The notes under the pieces are model-generated. The model had not been told where the DNA came from. It ran no database searches and saw nothing but the letters and a program-made list of their open reading frames with translations. This document shows, in pieces, positions 26,880 through 37,172 of a stretch of DNA of 64,000 nt. A program made the position numbers and the translations under genes. Source of the DNA: Neodothiora populina (lineage: Eukaryota); NCBI RefSeq assembly GCF_041146345.1, contig NW_027191411.1, positions 434,001 through 498,000 on the forward strand. The letters are read 5' to 3'. The stretch's first letter is position 1. Every line of letters starts with the position of its first letter.

Positions 26880-29755
26880 TCAATACCTCTCCAACAACCA
26901 GATCCGACTCGCTTCCATCCCCATACCCTCCAACATCTCCCTCTCGGCCCTCTTCATGTCAATATACGCGGCGACCATCTCCCTGCCCAGAACCTCACAC
27001 AATTCGTCATCTGCGTCTAGTCTGGACAACGCTGTCTCTAGATCGGAGGGTAACTCTTCCCTGATACCTAGTTCGCCTCGTTGAGAATCCGATATATCGG
27101 CAGGGTTGTCGCGACAGTCGGACATGGTCAGTTGTGTTTCGTGCTGTACACCAAGCAGACCTGCGCCCAATAGAGCGCCGAGAGCAAGATAAGGATTCGC
27201 GAAGCCATCCATACAGCGCAGCTCGAAGTGGGTGTGAGAGTTTGGTGTGATGGTGCGGAGAGGGGTTTCTCGGTTCTGATATCCGTATGCGACGTATGTG
27301 CCTCCTGTCCAGTGATTCGCTCGTACGCGCGAGTAGCTTATGTTGTTGGGAAGGGAGAAGGCGCAGATTGATGGAAGGTGGGATAGGATTGACGACAAGA
27401 ACGAGCTTGCTTGGGTTTCTGTTGTGTCTGAGTCGGTGTTGGGAGGAAATGAGTGCATCGAAACATGCACGTGTTGGCCGCTGCCTACGGAATTGAACGG
27501 GACCGGGTGCATCGTAGCTTTGAGACCGTGAGCGCAGGCGATCTGTTGTAGGACCTGACGTGCCTGCACAAGAGCATCGATAGCAGCCACTGGTGGCAAG
27601 GGTGCCAAGGCAATCTCGTATTGTCCAGGCCCAGACTCTGAATGGAAATGGCGGACTGCGATGCCCATTCTCAAAAGCCCTGCCACAATCTCTGCGAGAA
27701 TCGGAAGAGTCGTCCCGCATTGCTCAGGCGTCAAAGTACCCCATGCATGATTCGTCTCGCTTGGCTCGAAGGATCTATCGTTATCTGCTGTATTAGATCG
27801 CAGGAAAACGAATTCAATCTCGAATCCAAGCAAGAGTTGTAAGTTGTTTTCGACGGCAATGCGATCTACGATTCTCTGCAATATCGATCTCGGGCACGTG
27901 GGAAGCAGATTTCCCGTGTCATCCTTGAAAGATGCTATAACACTGGCAGTAGCGAGAAGCTTCTTCCTATACGCCGCTCGAAGACTTTCCAGATCTGGTT
28001 TTACGAGGATGTCCCCTTGCATCGATACGGCGGAGGTGATGGTGTCGTTTTGCAGGGTCCCAATATTACCTAGAGCAATGCTGAAACCTTGTCCGTCTTC
28101 GACCAACTTTCGAAATTCTGCCCAAGGGAAGATTCGCGCACGCAATGTCGACATGTAGTCTAACCATTGCACACATGCGAATTGATGATCGTCGTGCTTC
28201 GATTCAAAGTCGTTTAAAAGCTGCAAGTCATTGGTGCCACTACTAGACATGGCGACCACAGGTACGGCCGATACTGAAGTGTTGTCTTGCCACGCGAGCT
28301 GGAGAGTATTTTTCTACATAGAACTGTCAGACCAGACAAGGTAGAGGTAGAAGGGAGCTCGAACACAAGCTCCTGGACGCTGTTTCCATCAAGAGAATCT
28401 TGGCATGCAGGATTGGAGATGGGGGTGTAATGACGGAAAGCACTGTAAGATGCATAATAACTGACCTTTGGCACTGCAAGGTCTGGTAAGTCGAGATCGA
28501 GCTCGTATAGGTCGTTCGAATTATTGAAGAGCACATCCTTGGCTACATTGATAGCTTGATTGATAGTCAGATCGCCACATTCGACATAGTCCACAAGCAC
28601 CTTCTCAAGCGCCTGACGAAACTGCTTATTGGCAAGCCAGTAGCCTTCAGCAAAATGATGCGCATCCGTTGAGTAAAGTAATTTGGTAGTAGGTGTCATT
28701 TCCATAGCCTGGCGAATTATGTGCTCCTGTCCGTCTCTGCTGACCATAGGAAATACTTCGCCCAGGTCAAGAAAGACGTTGCTGTATACTGTTGCAAGAT
28801 ACCCTGCCTCGCGGGTGTATGGGTAGGACGAATGTAGCAGTACGAATCGCACCTCAGGGAACCTTTGAATCAGGGGCTGCATATGGGCTGGGTTACTCCT
28901 TATGATTGACATGTCGTTATCACCGAGTCCAGTGTGAAATTGAAGAGGCTTCATGATGCCATTCTGTTCGTTCGCTGCAGTCAATAGGCGGCAGGTGGAT
29001 ATCAGTAAGCAATCATTCAATCCTTTCGAAGCGATACGGAAAGTAGGATTATCGGTATCACAATCGGCGAGGAAATCATCCCTGAATGCATCTAGGCCCC
29101 GTGTTGCAACCTCAACGTCGGAGCCAACATGAACGTTCAGACCAGTTCGATAACAGATCACGGACTTGAACCCAGCAACGTCAACATCCTGAATGAAATC
29201 GGCTATGACCTTCTCAAAGGCCCGCAGAAATGTGATCCAGATTTCTCCACACACTTCATCATCTTCGATAGCTGCTGTGATGTCGAGCCGGTCACTCTCC
29301 CACATACCCCGAAGGAGGTCGGCAGCCACAGTCTCAATGCGAACGATTCGCGAAGTCCCACCTGGCGTGAACTGATTATGCCAGGCATACGGATGCACTT
29401 CATCGCCATCGAGACCATCCTCCATCAGTATCATATGTATACCTTCAAAGCATTTTCTGAAGAAGGCAGGAGCATCTGCGGCGAGTAGTTCATGTCTTTT
29501 CGCCATCAACTGTTTCCATCCTGCCGTCTCGTCACAACCATACAGCTCCCGCAAGTGACGGAGCATCCGGAGATGAGGCAGGGATGTGGGCGCATCTCGT
29601 AGGGCATCACCTGATGCTTCGGTGGCCGCATTCAAGAGGGAGTACTTGCTCTCCTGCGATGGGAGCAACAGATTATGAGCATGGTTGTCAATAGCGGGAC
29701 ATGACTGTACCACGAACTTGAGGTCATCTACAGTAACGTTGTTGATCGACATCAT
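26880..29755 (-). CDS. fluG: FluG: N-terminal amidohydrolase fused to a C-terminal glutamine synthetase-like (gamma-glutamyl ligase) domain
   Basis: N-terminal IDNHAH, QFHTGLGD, LLHSSYPY and YSTDAH; C-terminal GFEIEF, HSESGPGQYE, GSGQHVHVS, NRETPLR and FELR..DG.ANPYL. A phase-0 intron (~28314-28466, GTCAGT...CTGAC...TAG) joins the two ORFs in frame. Confidence 0.92.
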
Positions 29756-29943
29756 GCAACAGTCAGTAGTGAGATGCTGAGAAAGTAAGATAAGGTAGCA
29801 ATGCTATCCTAAAGGTGGAAGATAAGCGTCGGAGATTTAGTCTTATCCCCGATGTCCCGCAATCACGTCACACAGCCATTACATCAAACACGTCTAGACA
29901 CCTTAGCTACCTACCTTACGCTATACCTCAGGTCGCGCGGTTC

Positions 29944-30015
29944 AGTCAATCATCATTTACCGGGCAGTCATTGACCTTTCATTGAAGACTCATTGGCGAT
30001 TCGTCGGTCACTTGT
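29944..30015. repeat. Degenerate ~11-bp-period TCATTGA array (family copy A)
   Basis: ATCATTTACCGGGCAGTCATTGACCTTTCATTGAAGACTCATTGG closely matches the array at 32561. Confidence 0.6.
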
Positions 30016-30170
30016 CAATTGTTTACTAGAAATCCTTTTGGGAAACATTGACAAGAACGCTAATCACGAAAGCCGAGTCCCTTTGTACTTGCCTTTTACG
30101 TAGTGACGGAATTATCACAACACATATCTCTTCGACTTTCCTCCGCATAGCTATATCAATCACCTCAGCG

Positions 30171-31038
30171 ATGCCAAACGTTCTGATTGTAGGAGCAACT
30201 CGCGGGCTCGGCCTCGAACTAGCTAAACAGTACCAAGCCAAGGGGGACATTGTCTGTGGAACAGCTCGCAAGGCACCAGAGCATTCGTCCGCAGGTATCA
30301 AATGGATAGCCGACATCAACCTTGCGGAAGAGTCAGCTGGCTCGAAACTAGTGAATGCCTTACCCAGTCAGCCAATCGATCTCGTCATTTTCGCTGCTGG
30401 CTACTTTGGCAAAGAGAGCTTCGAAGAACCCGACTTCGATAAGGAAGTGCTGATGTACAAGACCAGCGCAATAGGTCCTATCTTTGTTGTGCACAGTCTT
30501 GTGAAGGCCGGTCTGTTGAAAGAAGGATCGAAGATCATTATAGTCAGTTCGGAAAGTGGCAGTATTACCCTCAGACATGAGAGCGAAGGCGGTGGTAATT
30601 TTGGTCATCACGCAAGCAAGGCTGCTTCCAATATGGTAGGAAAGCTACTCAGTCTTGATCTCAAGGACAAAGGTATCGTCGTGTGCAACCTCCACCCTGG
30701 GTTCATGCGCACAGAGATGACCAAGGGTGTCGGGTTTGACAAATATTGGGATGCTGGTGGTGGTAAGTATATGTGTTAGAGGCAGAAATGGCGCAGTCAG
30801 CTAACAATGCGAGCAGCGGTCACTCCGGATGTCGCTGCAAAGTCTTTGGTTGATTTCATCGAAACCATAGACATGTCTAAGACTGGCCAGTTCTGGGCAC
30901 CACGTGGCCCAGGGTTAGTATTTTCCGAAATCCGTATCTCGGCACATGCTGACATCTACAAACAGCGACATTGGAACTGCACCAGATATATTGGGCCCCA
31001 AAGATCAATTGCCTACACCACTCCAGCTTCCTTGGTAG
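30171..31038 (+). CDS. Short-chain dehydrogenase/reductase, CsgA (C-factor)-like
   Basis: Rossmann motif VLIVGATRGLG, SSESGS, HHASKAA and HPGFMRTEMT; two 3' introns; ends ...LQLPW*. Confidence 0.88.
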
Positions 31039-31317
31039 ATACTGATAGCCTCCATCATCGGTATTTTCCACGTGTCAGTTCAGCGTTATGCTACGAGGTC
31101 CTCCATTTCTTGCTGGCGTTGGACTTTATCTCTGGAAGGAATAGGATCCTAGGCTGGAACTTATGAATGAATGTGATCTTACTGATATTAACTAACCTAC
31201 TAGACCACAAATCATCATAAGCATACAGTATAGCTGTGTCTCGTATCATCATTCTGGACTTCTGTGAGAAATCTTGACTCGATATCACCAGCAATTCGCA
31301 GCATGTGTGCGATCTCC

Positions 31318-32036
31318 TCAAGCCTTCTTCTTGGCTGCCTGGCTCGCAGGAACAAAGCCCATTCCATAGTCATAAGTCAATGATCCTCCCAAGCTTGCCG
31401 TGAACAGTGTGCCGGCAAGGGTAATCAGCCCCGCAATCATCATGTACGTCGTGCTCTCGTACGAAGCAGGATTTTTGCCTTCGAGTAGCAATTGCGCCGC
31501 ACCTGCCTGTCTCTTGTTCCACCAGAGCCATGCGCTAGCAACGACGATGACATCGCTGATGGCGGCATGGGCAAGCAATGTCTTGACTTTGGGTTTGATG
31601 GTGCCATCGGGGCTCTTGATACCCTTGCTCAACAAAGGTAAGCCCTGTGAGATGCCGGAAGTGACAGTCGGAATAGCTGTGAGAACACCAAGCGAGAGGG
31701 CGTAGTACGAGATTCGAGAGAGCTCCGTTTGGCCCGGAAGATAGCTCGTTATCATGTCGGGAAGATAGGACCAGCCGTGAATCAAGGCATCGAGTCCATA
31801 GGCTGTAGTAAGGAACGTGATTGGAAAATGCACCAAGGCAGGGTGGACTGGATGACTATAGAGTGCAATGTCAGCGATAAGACCAATACCTTTTGATGAG
31901 ATTTATTTGATATTTGTAACACGCCTCGGCCCGGGTATTCGATGGCCGCAAACAATGTAGATATTCAGGTAATTAGGTAGATAAAGATAGTACAAATGCG
32001 GGGATGTGTGGGGTTGAAGCTAACTTACTCAGACAT
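31318..32036 (-). CDS. DUF2231-like small membrane protein
   Basis: An 8-nt first exon ATGTCTGA plus intron 31856-32028 gives MSDHPVHPALVHFP; later G...A.P...SG, HA and GG.L.Y.YG motifs; about four hydrophobic segments. Confidence 0.75.
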
Positions 32037-32552
32037 CTTCAAGGTATGTTGTGTTATTGCGGTTGATAAACACTTGTAGTTCGATGGACAAGAGACAATT
32101 GGGATGCCGCAGAGGAAGAGAGATCCAGCAAGTCAGCGACAAGAGCTTCAGTTCCTCTACAGTACCGGGGTGGGCGCTTGTTACGTTATGTAAGGCACTT
32201 TCGACTCAATTAGCTAGGTACCTTAAGGTATGGTGCTAGGTAGTGTTTCGGCCCCTCAGTTCCCCATCCCCGCCAATCAGACAGGCTGATTGTGTCAGCA
32301 TAACCATGACGACATTGTGTATTCAACGCATTGCTGCTTGCACCTCAACTACAGATCCTTGAGATAGGATAAGGTGACCTTTGAGGCAGTGTCCAATCGG
32401 TCTCTTCTGATGCTGTCGGTGCATGCAAAGGCAAACAAACGTCTCGTTCTGCAGCTCTCCTCAGGACATGCCATACCCTGATTGTGGGTCCCAGAACGGT
32501 AATTTTTCCTACAGTCATGTTGGCCGAGGACAGAACAGAGGAACTCGTTTCA

Positions 32553-32698
32553 AGTCATTGATCATTTACCGGGTGGTCATTGACTAGTCATTGAGGAGTC
32601 AACTGCCTGTCATTAGAGACTCATTGACTATTCATCAAGGACTTACTGACTATTCATTATGGACTCATCGACCATTCATCATGGACTCATCGACCAAT
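32553..32698. repeat. Degenerate 22-bp (2x11) tandem array (family copy B)
   Basis: Units GACTCATTGACTATTCATCAAG / GACTTACTGACTATTCATTATG / GACTCATCGACCATTCATCATG / GACTCATCGACC, preceded by further TCATTGA units. Confidence 0.8.
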
Positions 32699-33308
32699 AA
32701 AGAGCTGTGCATCCACATCCGGTGCCTCCCTACATTTTATATCATCTATGCTCGAACAGTCGAAAGTCTTTCACCGCACCACGACAGCAGACCATCTGTC
32801 AGTCATTCTGTAGGTTTATATATCCTGGACCAGTCTTGAATGTCAATTCTTTAGCTTTTTGATCTTCATCCCGGCTGCGTCCAGATCCAATTCTTGCTGC
32901 ATATGCTAAGGAGGAATTTTTGGTGCGATTTTGCAACACCATCTTATGCAAAGTCCAGACTCGATCCTTGCAAAAGCCACTCAGCATGAATATCGCTTTG
33001 AGGTCGATTAGTTATACCAACCGCGCAAGTATTTCTCTTGAATAGCGTCAGAGTCTTTCGATCTATTCTCGTGCATTTCGACTCAAGCTAAGGTAAAGTC
33101 TTTCTCGCGTGTTCCGCTCAGTCGATGTGGAGTCGGTCACAAAGGCACATCTTAACATCCATACTATAATCACTATTGTTCGAGTCCTTTCTTCCAATCA
33201 GAGTCCTTAAATTACTCCCTGCAATCAGTGAGCATAAGTGGGAAACTCCACTTTACCCATCAGGGTACGCAGCAAAGTCCTAGAAACATGAGGTAGGAAG
33301 TCGATGTG

Positions 33309-33323
33309 GCCATCAAGGTGTTT
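33309..33323 (+). promoter_or_regulatory. Putative ZafA/Zap1 zinc-response element
   Basis: GCCATCAAGGTGTTT fits the recalled Aspergillus ZafA consensus DYYVYCARGGTVYYY. A near-copy (CCCATCAGGGTACGC) lies at ~33256 and TATAAATA at 33391, upstream of a ZIP transporter relic. Confidence 0.55.
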
Positions 33324-33456
33324 CGAGCCAAGCCAAGTTCTCCTTCGCAGCAGGATTCGTTCAGCTGTACTCGACCACAAAACCCAGCTGTATAAATATG
33401 CGCGCATGCTCCTTCATTTGACATTTCTAGCATCTTCTTTACGGATCAGCGCAAAA

Positions 33457-34046
33457 ATGTCGTTCGACGCAAGTAGTGTCGATCTCGACACTGTTGTTCC
33501 GCAAAGGTCATATGTTATCTCATGCTTTCAGTAATGAATGCAACGACCACTCAGGTGCAAAAATACCTTCTGTTTCTCAGGCTTGGATCTCGGGATTGCT
33601 GGCGATGAGTTCGCAACGCTCTATCCAGTGCTAGTTTCCCACCAATCTTTCGAGGGTCTCGATCTCGGCGGCCGCATATCTGCTATACCGTTCCCGAAGC
33701 GAGTAAGCTGGCTGCCTTGAGCGCTGATATTTTGTTACGGCCTGACAACTTCAATCTCGATAGCAATCGGGCTGGGCGTAAGGCATACATATAACGGCAG
33801 CTCCTTCACTGCAGTGAGCTTTATGAATGTGAATATCAAGACTAACAAGATCTACAGAGCACCATAGAAGGGGTCTTCGATTCCGCCAGCGCGGGGATAC
33901 TCATGTACAATGGACTGGTCGAGCTGCTTGCGAGGGACTTTCTGTTCGATCCGAACAGAACGAAAGACAATAAGTGCGTCTCCTTCATGGTGTTCTGCGT
34001 ATTTCTGGGTGCTGGTTTGATGGCTTTGCTGGGCAAATGGGCCTGA
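33457..34046 (+). pseudogene. ZRT1: ZIP-family (Zrt1/ZrfA-like) zinc transporter pseudogene
   Basis: Fragments read MSFDASSVDLDT../AKVICYLMLS/NECNDHSGAKIPSV (two frameshifts), then jump to GLDLGIAGDEFATLYPVLVSHQSFEGL...WLP*ALIFCYGLTTSISIAIGLGVR...SFTA (stop 33718-33720). After intron 33814-33857: GVFDSASAGILMYNGLVELLARDFLFDP...GAGLMALLGKWA*. Confidence 0.9.
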
Positions 34047-34384
34047 ACAATTTGACTGGCACACTCGAGAAACATCAACAGGGAAAAGGGTCAGAAGTGC
34101 GAGGGGATGATTCTCGAAATAGATGTAAGTTCAACAACGCAAATTAGGTATGTATAGCATTGACACATCGTATTCGCTCTCCCTCTACAATCTATACAAA
34201 GGAAAGTACAGCTCAAGCATGGTGCCGAATAGCAAGTGTAGAGGGAATTCTAGAACAATGGCTCGAAAGGTGAAAGGTAGCTTCGAGGATTAGTTCGTGT
34301 TTCGGCTGCCGCACGTTTCGCGATTGCTTCATAGTCCGCGCCACAGATATTCTTGTAATGGTATCAGCACAGTATCATGCACTA

Positions 34385-35728
34385 CTAGAATAGGACTGAT
34401 TCTGGTCTTTCCTTGTGTCGCTCTCTATAGTCCACGTAAAGATTGTTCCATATCTCACGACCCGTACAGTCCTCAGGCTCAGTCTCGGTAGCATTTTTAC
34501 AAGTAGGCTGAAGTTCAACTCGAAGTTCTTCGGATCCTTCAAACCATGGCTTAGGAAATGGCCAATCGGAGAAATGAACAAATTTGGCTTCAGCAAAGAC
34601 TTTGCCGGAATCCCAAACCTCCTCTTTGGAGCCGAGATATTTGCTGTGGTCCTTACTCCTGAACTCGCCGGTCAGGAGAGTGTAAGGGCGGTGTGGCAAG
34701 ATGAGACAGTCTTTGCGATACAAATCATTGACCAACTCCATGTCAAATTGGGTTTCCTGTCTTGTTCTCATGGCTCCCTGTATCCGTTTGAATACAAAGT
34801 CTGATGGCTCGACCACGAGGAGTTGGGACGAGAGGCTATCATCATCGAGCCAGTACGCGCGAGCCATGGCAACTGGGGCGCTGGGTAATGAAAACAATTC
34901 ATCCATAGGCTAGATGTTTCAGCACTATTGTATCGATCACACAGACAATGTCTACCCCTGGTCACTTACCTGCAACAAAGTTCCATCCGAATCAAGACTG
35001 ATGACACGGTCGTATTGTGTTTGGTTGAAGGCAAGCAGCTTTGTGAAACTGTCGGCCCAAGTCGCGTCACCCTCAAGGTGCTGAACATGTACCGGCACAA
35101 GGTGGACGTGATATTCATTCTGCGCTTTGAGTAGCAAGCGAGCTTCAGTACTGGGATCGGCTTCACCTATCCGCCAGTCCTTGGGATACATGATAACTCG
35201 CTCGGCCTTGCTTCCAAAGGTGTGGAGACGCTCGAATACCATCAAAGAGTTGCATAGATAGTTATGGTTCGTGACATATTGAGTGTATGCAAACCGTTTC
35301 CACATACTGCTGTCGACTTCCTCTGTATTCACATCGTCGACAACCTGTATTGGAGCAGGAGTTGTTGAATCAGATAGTTCCGAAGCAGAGCTTGAGACAT
35401 GCCTTGTTAATTCTCGGCCATACAATACCGTAAGACTCGTAAGAGCTAAAAATAATGTGGTTACTAGAACCACACGTAAATGGATTTTTGATGGGAAGAT
35501 CTGCTTGATCCTCGGCAGCCATGATGACCGCTCGTCATCTTCGTTATGTTTAAGGAATGTGTCGCTGAGGTTTTCTTCGTCCTCTTCATGAAGAGCGCTG
35601 TATCTCCACCGTTCTACCAGCTGGCCCACGCTATCAACGATGTTGATATCAACGATCTTCGACAATCCCTGAATGACGTCTCGAGGCTTCATTTTCGGCA
35701 AGATAGAGTACTTCGTATTTTCCCACAT
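34385..35728 (-). CDS. Glycosyltransferase family 8, GNT1-like N-acetylglucosaminyltransferase
   Basis: Type II membrane anchor; AYTQYVTN..YLCNS, WADSFTKLLAFNQTQYDRVISLDSD (DxD), RAYWL and HFSDWP.PKPW; intron 34910-34969. Confidence 0.88.
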
Positions 35729-37172
35729 CTTAGAGAATGGGATCTAATCTTATGGGAAGAGAAGCTGTAAGGTCAACGCCGAACACATATACGTTGCTAA
35801 CGATGTCGACATGCTATTTTGGTGGTTCATTGAAGACCCACTGAAGACCCATCGGCCTCTAAGGATTAGGCAATAAGCGCCAGGATGGTAGTAATGTCTA
35901 TGCCAGCGAATTTCGGCAAGACGAGACATGCCGATCATCTCGTTTCATACCTTGATCATCAGGTCTTTCTTTACTTACGATTTCCCCCATTGGCAAAACT
36001 CTGGCCTGGATCGCTCCAAAAGAATGCTCCGTATCGGATGATGTACTTGGCTGCATGGAGGAAGGGTGCATTCGACACGCGAGGCGCTTAAATTATATCA
36101 ATGCTAGCGAGCTACTGCAGGGCATCATATCCGTATATGAATGAGGCTGGCAGCGGGCGCATAATACTCAATCAATCATTGGGTCAAATGTGGTGGGAGT
36201 GATGAGGACCGTAGCCGCCTGGCTGTTCAATTTCGACTTAAGCAGGCAGTACAGTGCCAAGGTTGAGGTCCTCCAAGGTGGAATCCGCACCTCCGATTTT
36301 GCACACTTGCTGCGTGCGCCAGTCTTGTCGCCAGTCAACATCGCCCGGAGGATGGTGACAGTCCCGAGTGTCTGGATTCGTATATTACTTTTTTACTGCT
36401 CGTTGATCACATGGTTTGGGCAATCATGGTGCCAGAGATCAGGATATCAAGACTAGGGCAGGTTGTAGACGCACATACCAATTTCGAGCTTGGACTCCTG
36501 CCTGACAACACTTCCTCACACCATCTTTCAAAAAACGTACCTACGTATCTCACACGAGCAACATTGTCACTGAAGCAAGGGATCCTGTGAGTGGTTCGAA
36601 TCAGCCACGCATATGATCCATCCGAATCGACCCATGTATTGCATTGGGAGATGTGTCCAAACGGCACAACCATTCACGAGAACTCATGATGAGCTTGCGC
36701 TAGACACGGCCAAAATTCAACACTGACCCCCCTGGAGTCTTCATAGTGTGACACTGGAATCCTCTCGATTTAGAGCGATGATTGTTGTTCAATCGGGTTG
36801 TGAGGAAGTTAGCCCGTTGGCAAGCGGCAAATTCAAGTGGCCCGATTAGGGTAACGCGCTTAAGGTAGTGGGCAGTCGAGTCGTTGGCCAAGGGCGCTTA
36901 CTGATACACACGGCGCTCTATCCGTATGGTCAGCGATCTCGCCTTCACTCAAGTCGACACACTCTGGGAAGATGCAGGTAAAATCATGGAGCTCCTTATA
37001 CACCTCGTCAGGTAGATTTGCAAGTAATGTCCGCATGCTCTTGCCCTGTACGTTCCTCATGCTTTATTGTGAACACAGTTTGTTTAGTAGGACTCCTGAC
37101 TTGAATTTACAAGATCACCAACTTGTTCTCGCATACTACTAATCAATATGTTTTATTTCACCCAGGTGCTGG

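Noticed and set aside
28214..28466. Apparent frameshift or split between the two FluG ORFs
   Set aside because: Explained by an ordinary phase-0 intron that joins the domains in frame.
36590..36610. GGTTCGAATC resembling a tRNA T-loop / B box
   Set aside because: No cloverleaf or A box in the flanking sequence.
36400..37060. Chain of short minus-strand ORFs, possible pseudogene
   Set aside because: Could not be assigned to any protein family from sequence alone.
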